Shown here piece after piece: positions 9,383-18,815 of a stretch of DNA of 64,000 bases (within the stretch, counting starts at the first letter, position 1; every line of letters begins with the position of its first letter). The position numbers were made by a program, and so were the translations under genes. The stretch is from positions 194,219-258,218 of the forward strand of contig CAWGJT010000015.1 of the NCBI GenBank assembly GCA_963822965.1. Direction: 5' to 3'. The stretch is from an uncultured delta proteobacterium (lineage in GTDB: Bacteria > Myxococcota_A > UBA9160 > UBA4427). The notes beneath the pieces were generated by a model. It saw only the letters and a list, made by a program, of their open reading frames with translations, made no database searches and was not told the DNA's origin.

Positions 9383-9898
9383 CTATCGCTGCCAGTGCAC
9401 CCGCAGCAGGTTCTCGGCGTCCGTGTAGTGGTAGTCGAGCTCGCCCTGGTAGGCGTGGTGAAGGGCATCGCCAATGGCGCGCGCCAGCTGGGCGTCGGTC
9501 GTGGCGATTTCGAGACCGCCGCCCTCGCCTTCCGGCTCGGCGATCCGCATGATGCGCTTCAGCGGATGCTCCTGCTTCTGCCGCTCCTCGAGGTTGTGGA
9601 CCAAACCGCGGATCTCCTCGTCATGGGACGCGGCGAACTCGCCCTCCACCACCACCACGCCGGCGGGATAGTCGTCCTCGACCCGGCGGCAGGCGGGGCA
9701 CACCACGGAATGGGCGCCGACGGGCGGGGCCCCCCACGTCCAGCGCCCGGCCCGGTACATGGCGCCGCAGGACGTGCAGGCCGTCGGGTCGGGCAGCTTC
9801 TCCCGCAGACCGTACGCGTCGCCCTCGTGCTCCTGGATGAGACGATCCGTGCGCGGCTGGGACGCCGCCGGGTGGGTCTTCGACCGCTTCCTTCGCAT
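9383..9898 (-). CDS. BCAM0308-family protein (Zn-ribbon, NMD3-like)
   Basis: PTACTSCGAMYRAGRWTW, CPACRR, HPLKRIM, TTDAQLARAIG; AGGAGG RBS. Confidence 0.8.
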   Translation of the reverse strand: MRRKRSKTHPAASQPRTDRLIQEHEGDAYGLREKLPDPTACTSCGAMYRAGRWTWGAPPVGAHSVVCPACRRVEDDYPAGVVVVEGEFAASHDEEIRGLVHNLEERQKQEHPLKRIMRIAEPEGEGGGLEIATTDAQLARAIGDALHHAYQGELDYHYTDAENLLRVHWQR

Positions 9899-9943
9899 CG
9901 TGCCACCTCCTGTTCGACGAACTCACCTCGCAGACCCATGCGG

Positions 9944-9959
9944 TGCAACGACCGTGCCT
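9944..9959 (-). promoter_or_regulatory. Sigma54 (-24/-12) promoter for the BCAM0308-family gene
   Basis: Minus strand AGGCACGGTCGTTGCA, exact GG-N10-GC spacing, 45 bp upstream of the start. Confidence 0.65.
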
Positions 9960-10116
9960 GCGCACACGCTGCCGCAGGGCCTCCCAGGGTCCGCGGTGTC
10001 CGGAGATGTGGCCGAGTGCCCGCTCGGGGAGCGTGCCTGATGCACGCCGCCCCATCGCGGCGCGGCGCCGCGGCCGGCGGGCTGCCTTCGCCCATCCCGC
10101 AGGCAGAACGGGTCGA

Positions 10117-11985
10117 TCAGGCTCCGTCGAGCAGCTCGCGGATCCGCCCGGTGAGGGCGCCGGCGTCGAAGGGCTTCGCGAGGAGGGGAATTCCGGCCGA
10201 GAAGTCGGCCAGCAAGCGGTCGCTCAGGTGACCGGAGATCAACAGCACCTTCGTGCTCGGATGCTCGTTCGACATCCGCTCGGCCAGCTCGAAGCCGTTC
10301 ATCCGCGGCATCACGACGTCGGCAACCAGGAGATCGAACGCCTGCTGCCGCCGTCCGGCGATCGCCAGCGCATCCTCGCCACTGGCCGTCTCCGTCACCC
10401 GGTAGCCCGCGACCCGGAGCGCCCGGTGCAGGGCTTCCCGCAGATCCTGCTCGTCTTCGACCAGAAGGATCTCCTCCTGGCTTCCGTAGCTCCGGCGCCA
10501 GCCGGGGTCGGAGCCCACCTCGGCCTCGCCTTCGGCCAGGGGCCAGTAGAGCTCGAAGCGTGTGCCCCGGCCCAGCTCGCTCTCGACCCGAACGCGACCG
10601 TTCGCCTGGCTCACGATCCCATGGACGATCGACAGGCCCAGCCCTCCACCGCGTCCGGGCTCCTTGGTGGTGAAGAACGGATCGAACGCGCGCTCGCGGG
10701 CCTCCGCGCTCATCCCGACGCCGTCGTCCTCGAAGGCCAGCCGCACGTAGCCATTGCGGGACGAGTCCCCGTCGGCCGCGGTCGAAGACGCCTCGGAGAA
10801 GTCGCTCCATCCATCCGCCACCGCACACGACGCCAGCTGCCAGCCAGGGCAGCGCGCGGTCTCGATCGTGAGCCGCCCCGGCTCGGTCATGGCGTCCCGC
10901 GCATTGATGGCCAGGTTGATCAGCACCTGCTGGAGCTGGTCGATGTTGCCGGAGATGTACTGAGGCTCCGGCGCGAGCTGCAGCACCAGCTCGATGTGAC
11001 TCGGCATCATGTGCCGCAGCATCGTCTCCGAGTCCACGATCACCACGTTCAGGTCCAGGCACTCGATCTGAACGTGGCTGCGACGCCCCAGCGTGAGGAG
11101 CTGCTGAGTGAGCGCCGCCGCCTGACGCGTCGCCTTCTGGATCTGGTCGACCTCCTTGCGCAGGGTGCTCCCGGGAGGGAGACCTGCCAGCACCAGCTCG
11201 GCATACACGCCGATGGTCGTCACGAGGTTGTTGAAGTCGTGAGCGACACCACCCGCGAGACGCCCGACCGCCTCCATCTTGTGGGTGACTCGCAGCTCGT
11301 CCTCGAGCCGTGTGCGCTCTTCCATCTCGTCGCGCAAGCGTTGGTTCGTGCTCGACAGCTGCAGGGTGCGGTCGTGAACCTGCTGCTGGAGCTCGCGTCG
11401 CTGCGCGAGCTGGCCGGACAAGCTCGAGTATGCGAAGAGCAGGACCGGCACCGTCCCGCCCCAGTAGGCCGCCTTGCGACCATCGGGCGCGAGGACGAAG
11501 AGGGTCGTGCCGAGCAGCCCGACGAAGACGCCGTAGGCGATCATCACGCGAATGGATCGGATGAAGAGGACGGTGGCGAACACCGCGATCGACGAGCCCA
11601 CCGCGAAGAAGGGCGCCATCTGGTTGAGCGAGGCGAGCACGAAGAGATGCAGGGTGACGACCGAGGCTAGAACGGACACCGCGTTGCGCATGGCAGGGCG
11701 CGGGATCGGGCGGACGAGATGGACGATGGGCACCGCCAGGAAGCCGGAGCCGATGAGGAGCCAGATACCGAGCGGATCGATCGTGTCCCGCGGAGCGGCC
11801 AGGTGCCAGAAGGGATAGACGAGGCCCGGGATCACGAACGCCTGCAGCAGGAACGCCCAGTCCGACGGCTCGGCATTTCCCGGGCGCTGCCCCGCGGCGG
11901 GCGTCGGCGGCAGGTGCTCCAGCCGTATCGATGCGTTGGGCTCGTAGAACTCGCTGTCCGCCATCCTGCCCGACCCCTGCGACAT
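10117..11985 (-). CDS. Membrane hybrid sensor histidine kinase/response regulator
   Basis: TM helices; GGVAHDFNN; NLAINARDAM; DPFFTTK; GLGL; C-terminal receiver (LLVEDE...DVVMP...KPF); start may be 11964. Confidence 0.92.
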   Translation of the reverse strand: MSQGSGRMADSEFYEPNASIRLEHLPPTPAAGQRPGNAEPSDWAFLLQAFVIPGLVYPFWHLAAPRDTIDPLGIWLLIGSGFLAVPIVHLVRPIPRPAMRNAVSVLASVVTLHLFVLASLNQMAPFFAVGSSIAVFATVLFIRSIRVMIAYGVFVGLLGTTLFVLAPDGRKAAYWGGTVPVLLFAYSSLSGQLAQRRELQQQVHDRTLQLSSTNQRLRDEMEERTRLEDELRVTHKMEAVGRLAGGVAHDFNNLVTTIGVYAELVLAGLPPGSTLRKEVDQIQKATRQAAALTQQLLTLGRRSHVQIECLDLNVVIVDSETMLRHMMPSHIELVLQLAPEPQYISGNIDQLQQVLINLAINARDAMTEPGRLTIETARCPGWQLASCAVADGWSDFSEASSTAADGDSSRNGYVRLAFEDDGVGMSAEARERAFDPFFTTKEPGRGGGLGLSIVHGIVSQANGRVRVESELGRGTRFELYWPLAEGEAEVGSDPGWRRSYGSQEEILLVEDEQDLREALHRALRVAGYRVTETASGEDALAIAGRRQQAFDLLVADVVMPRMNGFELAERMSNEHPSTKVLLISGHLSDRLLADFSAGIPLLAKPFDAGALTGRIRELLDGA

Positions 11986-12016
11986 AGTACTGCGCGCCGG
12001 GACCTGGGCAACAAGC

Positions 12017-12889
12017 TCAACCGGGATCCGGCGCCATCCAATCGATCCCGGGCGGGATCTCGATCCCTCGACGGATGCGCTCGAGCACGCTCTTCCGCGT
12101 CCACCCGAGCCGATGCAGCTGGGGAACGTCCCGCATCACCGACCACGCGACGATCGGGAGCAGCAATCGAGCTGCACGCAGACCCCATCTCCCGACCTTC
12201 GCTCGCAGATAGGCGACGTGGAAGACCTCGTCGATCCACACCTCGGTCAGGAGCGAGCGGAGACGCTCAGCCACCTCGGGCTGCTCTTCGAACATGTCCG
12301 CCCCCTCGCGCAGCAGCTTGAATACTTCGCTACCGAGCACCTCGCCGGCGAGGATCGGCACCCATCGCACCCGCTCGGGCAGGTGCATCATCAAATGGAT
12401 CATCGCGCGCTGCACGCGAGCGGGCAGGCGCCTCTCGGGCTCGATCCCGCAGGTGCGGCAGAGGGATGAGAGGATGCGTGTGTGATAGTGCTCCTCCAGC
12501 ATCAGATGGAGATATAGGGGGTCGGCCGAGGCTGCGCGCTCGGGCTCACGGAAGAAGCGCGACAGCTCGACGTCCACGCCGTAGGACTCGCCGAGATTGG
12601 CCTTGGCTGTGGCGACGAGCCACACGGTGCGCCTGTCGATGTCGGGATTGCCGGTCTCGCGCAGGTGCTGGTAGAAGCCGTCGAGATCGAGCGGTCCCAC
12701 CCACTCGACGGGCTTCGCATCGAGCTCCTGGAACCACCGCTCGCGCCGGCCGAGACGGCGTCGCTCGACGTCGAGCGATCCGTCGCGGTCGGACAGAAAC
12801 TCGAGGTAGCCTGCGAGGTGTCTCTTCCGTGTCTCGAGCTCGAGGGGCCGAAACGGATCGAACGAACGAAGCCTCGTGGACGAAGTCAT
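12017..12889 (-). CDS. Ferritin-like (diiron) domain protein
   Basis: Two ExxH motifs (EEHYH, DEVFH) with preceding Glu residues (GESYG, AGEVLG); ATGA-coupled to the amidohydrolase. Confidence 0.65.
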   Translation of the reverse strand: MTSSTRLRSFDPFRPLELETRKRHLAGYLEFLSDRDGSLDVERRRLGRRERWFQELDAKPVEWVGPLDLDGFYQHLRETGNPDIDRRTVWLVATAKANLGESYGVDVELSRFFREPERAASADPLYLHLMLEEHYHTRILSSLCRTCGIEPERRLPARVQRAMIHLMMHLPERVRWVPILAGEVLGSEVFKLLREGADMFEEQPEVAERLRSLLTEVWIDEVFHVAYLRAKVGRWGLRAARLLLPIVAWSVMRDVPQLHRLGWTRKSVLERIRRGIEIPPGIDWMAPDPG

Positions 12890-14301
12890 GCGCATGCCTC
12901 CAGTGTCGTGGGCGTGTAGTCCGGGCGCCGATTCTCCGGCGCCGCGATGCGCCCTCGGAGTCGGTCTCCGTAGAAATCGAGTGCGTTGGTGGAGAGCAAG
13001 CGCACCGCATGGTCGCGGTCGACACCCGGCTGCCCGGCCGCGAGGCCCACGCAATCGCGCAGCGTCGCATCCCAGTGCCCGTAGTCGACAGCCATGCCAC
13101 AGAGGCGACGTCCCACCGGACCGAGTGCCTGCGGCAGATATCCCGGTGACGGATCGTCCGGCTCGACGGTGAGGAAGATCTGGCCGCGCTCGAGGTACTC
13201 CCGCGGGTCGCGTGGCAGGTTCGGATGCTCGTAACGGAACGCTTCGAGCTCCTCCGCCGAGGCCTTCTCCTCGCGGCCCGGCGCCAGCACCGCCATCAGC
13301 TGCCGCGCCTTGCGGAGCAGACCGACGTTCCCCGCGGCGCCGGGCTCCCGGGCGAACTCCACGAGGAAGTCGCGAATCGAGGGCTGCAAGCTGGGATCGA
13401 AGTCGCGGATCCGCTTCTGCCAGTGCTCGTGGAGATTGTGGATGAAGTCCGGAAGCCAGCCGGCGCCTGCCTCGAGGAAGCCGACCCGCAGCCGGGGCAA
13501 GACCTCGAGAACACCGTCGAAGATGAGCTGGGCCATGGCGGCCTGCTGCATGCCGCGATTGGCGAACGCGTGCACGAGGGTGAAGTTGTCGAGCTGGTCC
13601 GCACAGCCTGCCGCGAGCTGGACGCCGGGCGCTCCGTGGAGCCCGATCGCCACGTCGAGCCGCTCCGCTTCCGCGAGGAGCGGACGGAAGTCCGGGTGCG
13701 AGAGCGGCTTGGCGATGCGGATCTCGGGAAAGCTCGCCGGTGCGGCGGGATGGGGCACCGGGACGTGCGGCGCAGTGCTCACCGCGGCCATCGAGAGGGC
13801 GCCGACGCAACGTCGCAGCTCCGCCACCGCCTCGACCGGGTCTCGAAGTGGGAGCATGCCGACGGGGTGCAGCCGATCGGCGTAGGGCGCGCAATCGTCG
13901 TGGATGTAGTCGTTGTAGGCACGGCACAGGACGACTGCGAGCTCGGGGTCGATGACCGAGTTGAAGGCGAGCGCCATCGAGCCGTAGACCACTTGGTGCT
14001 CGATTCCCTCACGGTCCATGTGGGCCAGTCGAATACGGTTGAAGAGACCTCCCAGCGTGCTCTCCTCGTGATAAGGCCGATAGGTCCCCTTGCCCAACCC
14101 CTCGACCTGGAGGAAGACACGGGGCAGATCGGGGAGTCCCGTCCGGGGATCCACGTCGAGGATTCGAAAGCGCTGTTCGCCGTAGCGGTCACGGACCAGC
14201 GTGAACCGGCTCCGGTGCTCGCGCGGAATGAAGTCGAAGAAGACAGCCGGGTTCTCGCACTTGTGGCTGTCGGCATCGATGACGGGATGTCCGTCGATCA
14301 T
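12886..14301 (-). CDS. Amidohydrolase family 2 protein
   Basis: VIDADSH, MDREGI, YNDY, IGLHG, GFLEAGAGW, DYGHWD. Confidence 0.88.
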   Translation of the reverse strand: MIDGHPVIDADSHKCENPAVFFDFIPREHRSRFTLVRDRYGEQRFRILDVDPRTGLPDLPRVFLQVEGLGKGTYRPYHEESTLGGLFNRIRLAHMDREGIEHQVVYGSMALAFNSVIDPELAVVLCRAYNDYIHDDCAPYADRLHPVGMLPLRDPVEAVAELRRCVGALSMAAVSTAPHVPVPHPAAPASFPEIRIAKPLSHPDFRPLLAEAERLDVAIGLHGAPGVQLAAGCADQLDNFTLVHAFANRGMQQAAMAQLIFDGVLEVLPRLRVGFLEAGAGWLPDFIHNLHEHWQKRIRDFDPSLQPSIRDFLVEFAREPGAAGNVGLLRKARQLMAVLAPGREEKASAEELEAFRYEHPNLPRDPREYLERGQIFLTVEPDDPSPGYLPQALGPVGRRLCGMAVDYGHWDATLRDCVGLAAGQPGVDRDHAVRLLSTNALDFYGDRLRGRIAAPENRRPDYTPTTLEACA

Positions 14302-14517
14302 GCAAGGCCCTCCACGCTAGACATCGCCGCAAGGGCGCACTGCCTGAAGGACCGAGCACCGGCGCGCCAAGGGCGCTCGCCGCGATGGAGCGTGGGCCGG
14401 CCGTACTGCAACCAGGGGGCACCCCAGGTGTTGGTTGGGGCTCATGCACAGCATGCAAGCAGTCTTGCGTCTGTGGTCCTGGGACCCGGGCCGCCGACCC
14501 GTGGCGCAGCGGCTGTC

Positions 14518-15075
14518 CTACCGACCTCGACCGCGGGTGATCTGCTGGACGGCCTGGCGCGAGACGTCCAGTAGACGCGCGGCACCGCTCCGGCTTCCGT
14601 GGGCGAGGGCCAGAGCCTGGTTCACCATCACGCTGCGAACTCGCTGCTGGAACTCACGCATGGGGACCCGACCCACGCAGGCCTGGACCAGCGCGTCGAC
14701 CTGAGGGGCCTCCCGAGCGACGCGATCGATGGCTTCGGACAGATCCTGCAGAGTGAAGGGCTTGGAGAGGTAGGCCCGAACGCCGATCTCGGCGAGCCGG
14801 AAGCCTTCCCGGGCGGAAGCCTCGCCGCTGACCGCCATCCGCAGCGGGGCCGGCGAGAGGCTGGCAGCGCGATCGAGAACGTCGAAGCCCGACCCGTCGG
14901 GGAGGCACACGTCACAGACGAGGAGATCGGGGGCGGGATCCAACAGTGCCAGGGCACCGAGGGTCGTGCCGGCCTCCAGCACCGTGAACCCCCTCTCGCG
15001 CAGGCTGGCGGCGATCGCCCGCCGCAAGGGTGCGTGGTCTTCCACGACGAGGACGCGTTCGATCGACGCTGACAC
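14518..15075 (-). CDS. Response regulator (receiver + Fis-type HTH, RegA/PrrA-like)
   Basis: VLVVEDH...DVCLPDGSG...KPF; GSRSGAARLLDVSRQAV HTH. Confidence 0.85.
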   Translation of the reverse strand: MSASIERVLVVEDHAPLRRAIAASLRERGFTVLEAGTTLGALALLDPAPDLLVCDVCLPDGSGFDVLDRAASLSPAPLRMAVSGEASAREGFRLAEIGVRAYLSKPFTLQDLSEAIDRVAREAPQVDALVQACVGRVPMREFQQRVRSVMVNQALALAHGSRSGAARLLDVSRQAVQQITRGRGR

Positions 15076-15131
15076 GCCCCCAGTATACGCGGTTCCAGAC
15101 CGGACGTGCCGTCCTCGGGAGGGGCCGACTC

Positions 15132-15965
15132 TCAGCGCTCGATCAGGACCAGCTCGATGAGCTTGCGGTTCCGTCGCAGCAGGCTCCTCGTGAGCAGCTG
15201 GAGCAGCCGCTGGCCCAACAGGGGCTTGGCGATCCGGAGATACGAGAAGGAAGCCCGCGAGATCTCGAGGAGACTCGTCCGGGAGTCGGCGATCGCGGTC
15301 TCCTGGTTCGGAAGGTCGGCGACGAGTGAGACCCCGCCAAAGACCCGTCCCGCCTTCAGGCGCTCCAGGACCATTCGGCGGCGGTCGCCGAGGGTGACCT
15401 CGAGGCGGACCTCCCCGCTCACGACCAGGAAGATGGAATCATCCCCAGGACGGCACTCGTCCTGACGATAGATCTCGCGACGCGGCGACACGATCCGGTA
15501 GCGGCTGCAGTCCGCCAGGCTGTTGGCGTCGTCCGGGCAGACCCCCCCCAGATCCGACCGGCCGAAGAGGAAGAGCGCGAGATCCTTGCTCGCATCGTGC
15601 ACGGCCTCCCACAGGCGAGCCTGCTCTGCCTTGCCGACGTCCACGAAACGGATACCCGTGAGACGCGAGTCGTCGCCGCGCGCCTCCGCCTGCCAGCGCC
15701 CCTCCGCCTTCAGGTCGAGGGAGCCGCCCGGGAGCCCGAGGCACACGCGTCGGATCGCTTTGAAGGACACCAGCGTCTGCGTCGCCACGCACATCCCTCC
15801 CACGCTGAGGTCCCGCGCCGCGGCCAGCAACGAGCCGGGGAAATCGCCGCTGAAGATCTCCACCGGGAACTCGACACCTACCCGGGGATCTGCCCGGGCG
15901 TCGAGCAGGATCTCGGCGGCTTCCGTCATGCGCAGCGGCACTTCGGCGTTGAGTGCGTTCGTCAT
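15132..15965 (-). CDS. PilZ + cyclic-nucleotide-binding domain protein
   Basis: RADPR (RxxxR) and DLSVGG (DxSxxG); C-terminal cNMP fold IFLVVSGEVRL...GRVFGGVSL; start approximate. Confidence 0.78.
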   Translation of the reverse strand: MTNALNAEVPLRMTEAAEILLDARADPRVGVEFPVEIFSGDFPGSLLAAARDLSVGGMCVATQTLVSFKAIRRVCLGLPGGSLDLKAEGRWQAEARGDDSRLTGIRFVDVGKAEQARLWEAVHDASKDLALFLFGRSDLGGVCPDDANSLADCSRYRIVSPRREIYRQDECRPGDDSIFLVVSGEVRLEVTLGDRRRMVLERLKAGRVFGGVSLVADLPNQETAIADSRTSLLEISRASFSYLRIAKPLLGQRLLQLLTRSLLRRNRKLIELVLIER

Positions 15966-16144
15966 CGAGGAGCTCCAGCGGGGGGCGCGTTCAGACCTCA
16001 TCGGCAGGCGCGCGTCCGAATCGGCCGCGACAAGCTCGCATTTCCACGGACTATTTCGCCCGGCGGTCTGCCAGGCAGACGCCCGTGGTGTGTCGGTCGA
16101 AAGGGGCCGTTCATCCGGCATTCACCGGAGAAGGACCGACCGCC

Positions 16145-16789
16145 TCAGGGGGCGACCAGCTCCTCGCGGATCGCGATGCGCACCAGGCTGGACGCCTTGT
16201 TGACACCCAGCTTGCGCATCAAGTGCGAGCGGTGGCTGTCTACGGTGCGGGGAGAAATGTGAAGAACGCGAGCGATTTCCTTGCTCGCTCGTCCCTCTGC
16301 GATGTGCTGGAGCACCTCGCGTTCCCGACCGGTGAGCGAGGCGATGCCGCTTTCCGGCGAACGTGTGGCGCCGCGGCCGACGGCATCGATCATCGATCGG
16401 GTGACCACGGGAGACAGATAGGACTTGCCACGAGCCACGGCGTCGATTGCCTCGAAGAGCTCCCGGGAACACGCGCTCTTCGCGACGTACGCCGTCGCAC
16501 CGGCGCGAAGGCACCGCTCCACCACGGACTGTTGCTCGTGAACCGACAGGATGATGATTCGCGCCGCGGAATCGCGCCGAATGATTTCGACCGTCGCCTC
16601 GGTCCCCGACAGATGCGGCAGCCAGACGTCCATGATGATGATGTCCGGATGGAGCCGCGCCGCCAGGTCGACGGCCTCGAGGCCGTCACCCGCCTGTCCG
16701 ACCACGGTGAGGCCCGAGCGGGCACTGAGCATCGCCGCAAGCCCCTCCCGGAGAACCGCATGGTCATCGACGAGAAGAACCCTCACCAC
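16145..16789 (-). CDS. NarL/LuxR-family response regulator
   Basis: VLLVDDH...MDVWLP; LTGREREVL...ISPRTVDSHR HTH. Confidence 0.93.
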   Translation of the reverse strand: MVRVLLVDDHAVLREGLAAMLSARSGLTVVGQAGDGLEAVDLAARLHPDIIIMDVWLPHLSGTEATVEIIRRDSAARIIILSVHEQQSVVERCLRAGATAYVAKSACSRELFEAIDAVARGKSYLSPVVTRSMIDAVGRGATRSPESGIASLTGREREVLQHIAEGRASKEIARVLHISPRTVDSHRSHLMRKLGVNKASSLVRIAIREELVAP

Positions 16790-17047
16790 CCACCCCCAGC
16801 GCCCCGAACGGGACGTGGTTGAGTGTAGGTGATGATGAAAGCGCTGCTAGCCTACGGCGACGCAGCGCAACGCAGCCAGTGGCGATGCATCGGCGTCAGG
16901 GCGGCGCGAGGTGTCTTGGGTCAGGCTCCTAGTCGTCACCGCCTGCCTCACGATCGAGACGAAGAGCCGAACGCAGATTCCGGGCCGTTTCACCACGTTC
17001 GCGAGTCACGTCTGAGGTGGTCAACGCAAGGAGCCTTGCCCCCACCC

Positions 17048-17692
17048 TCAGGCGGAGACGATCCCTTCGCGAATCGCGTAGCGCACCAACGAGGACGCCT
17101 TCCGAATCCCCACTCGACCCATCAGCTTCGCGCGGTGCGTCTGCGCGGTCTTCACCGAGATGCCGAGCTCCTCGGCGATCTCCTTGGTACTGAGACCTTC
17201 GGCAATGAGCTGCAGCACCTCGCGCTGCCGATTCGTCAGCTCGCCTTCGGGTCCCGCCGTGCCGCGCCCCGTGGCCCGCAGGGCGGACACCACGTGGTCG
17301 GCGAGTGCGGGTGCCAGGTACGAGCGTCCCCGCGCCACGGCACGGATCGCGTCCAGGAGCTCCGCCGAGGACGAGCTCTTCGGCACGAAACCGGTGGCCC
17401 CGGACAAGAGAGCCTGGCGAACCTGTGAGTCCCCCTCTACGCCCGAGAGGACGATGCAGGCGGTGGTGGGGCTCTCCTCCCGGATCCGACGGACGGTCTC
17501 GGCGCTCGAGAGACGCCGAAGCTGCTCCTCCAGGACGACGACGTCCGGGTGGTGCTCACGCGCGAACGCGACCGCCCCGCGCCCGTCGGCGGCCTCGCCA
17601 GTCACCTCGAGCCCCGACTGCGCGGCCAGGATCGCTCGTAGCCCCTCCCGCACGAGCTGCAGCGAGTCCACGATCAGAACGGACGTCTTCAC
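17048..17692 (-). CDS. NarL/LuxR-family regulator with atypical receiver
   Basis: VLIVDSLQ, PDVVVLEEQL (phospho-Asp position is Glu); LTNRQREVL...ISVKTAQTHR HTH; GTG start after GGAGG. Confidence 0.88.
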   Translation of the reverse strand: MKTSVLIVDSLQLVREGLRAILAAQSGLEVTGEAADGRGAVAFAREHHPDVVVLEEQLRRLSSAETVRRIREESPTTACIVLSGVEGDSQVRQALLSGATGFVPKSSSSAELLDAIRAVARGRSYLAPALADHVVSALRATGRGTAGPEGELTNRQREVLQLIAEGLSTKEIAEELGISVKTAQTHRAKLMGRVGIRKASSLVRYAIREGIVSA

Positions 17693-17989
17693 GTCTCCCC
17701 CTCCATGATTCGCCCCGTTCTCGAGGACGACCTTCGACTCATCGGGACTCGCGCACTTCGCTCCATGCGCAGACCTACCGAAACCCAGATCGATTTCGGC
17801 GGACGAGAAGTCGGTTGTAGTACGTACGTCGATGGGGATTTCCACCGTGATCGGCACGTCACGTCGAACGAGTATCGGAACGCACCGACCATGCCGCTCA
17901 GGATGCGTGCTTCCACGGATCAAGCGGGCCTGCCCCGGAGTCGATGCAGGCGTGGCAGGAAACTCGAAAACGCCTGCGAGCGAGGACTC

Positions 17990-18757
17990 ATGACAAGTGC
18001 AGCCGAACAGGACCGTGTCCCGACAACCGAGCGCGAGGCCCTGCCTCTCGTCGTGGTCACGCGCGACTTCGAGATCGACCGCGGCTCGGTGATCGACGAG
18101 GTGGAGCGGGCTGGCTGCCGCGCCCGGATCGAGTCGGTCACCGCGCTGCTCGACGCAGGCGAGCGACTCGACCCCGTCCCCCAGCTCCTCATCGTGTCGC
18201 TTCCCTGGAACGACGCCTGCGAGCTCCTCGAGTTCACGCGTCGCGTCCGCCATGCAGCCGCACCGCAGCGGCTGCCCATCCTCGGCGTGGTCGACGATCC
18301 CGGCACGATGACCACCGATCTCGCCCCGCTGCGCGCGGCCGGCCTCTCGGGCCTGGTGAACCTGAGCGCGGGCCGCGAGCACTTCTGCAGGCGCATCGCG
18401 CTGGTCACCCGGCCGCTGGCCGTGCGCGCCCGGGAAGCCCGGCTGCCGTGCTTCATCCCCGCGCAGGTCCGCGTGGACGGGCATCACCTGGCCGGCGTGG
18501 TCGTGAGCCTCTCGCCGGGAGGCGTCCGCCTCGCGTTGCCCCAGGCGTTGGAGTCCAACACGCGGATCGGCCTTCGCTTCCAGCTCCCCAAGACCGACTC
18601 GGAGGTCACCCTGGACGGGCGCGTCACCTTCCTGGCACCGGCCAGCGACGCGCTGCACGATTTCGAGGTGGGCGTCGCGTTCCTCGATGTGGCGCCGGAG
18701 GTGACCGATCGGCTGATCGCGGCGCTCGCAGCCATCCTGCGCGAGATCGAGTGCTGA
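17990..18757 (+). CDS. Degenerate receiver-like + PilZ domain protein
   Basis: C-terminal REARLP...VSLSPGGVRL...VGVAF PilZ fold; ATG after GAGGA. Confidence 0.7.
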   Translation: MTSAAEQDRVPTTEREALPLVVVTRDFEIDRGSVIDEVERAGCRARIESVTALLDAGERLDPVPQLLIVSLPWNDACELLEFTRRVRHAAAPQRLPILGVVDDPGTMTTDLAPLRAAGLSGLVNLSAGREHFCRRIALVTRPLAVRAREARLPCFIPAQVRVDGHHLAGVVVSLSPGGVRLALPQALESNTRIGLRFQLPKTDSEVTLDGRVTFLAPASDALHDFEVGVAFLDVAPEVTDRLIAALAAILREIEC

Positions 18758-18815
18758 GCGGTCGGGCACCTCGGGCAGGCGCCATGCTCGTCGGACCCCG
18801 ATTCCCCGAGCCAGC

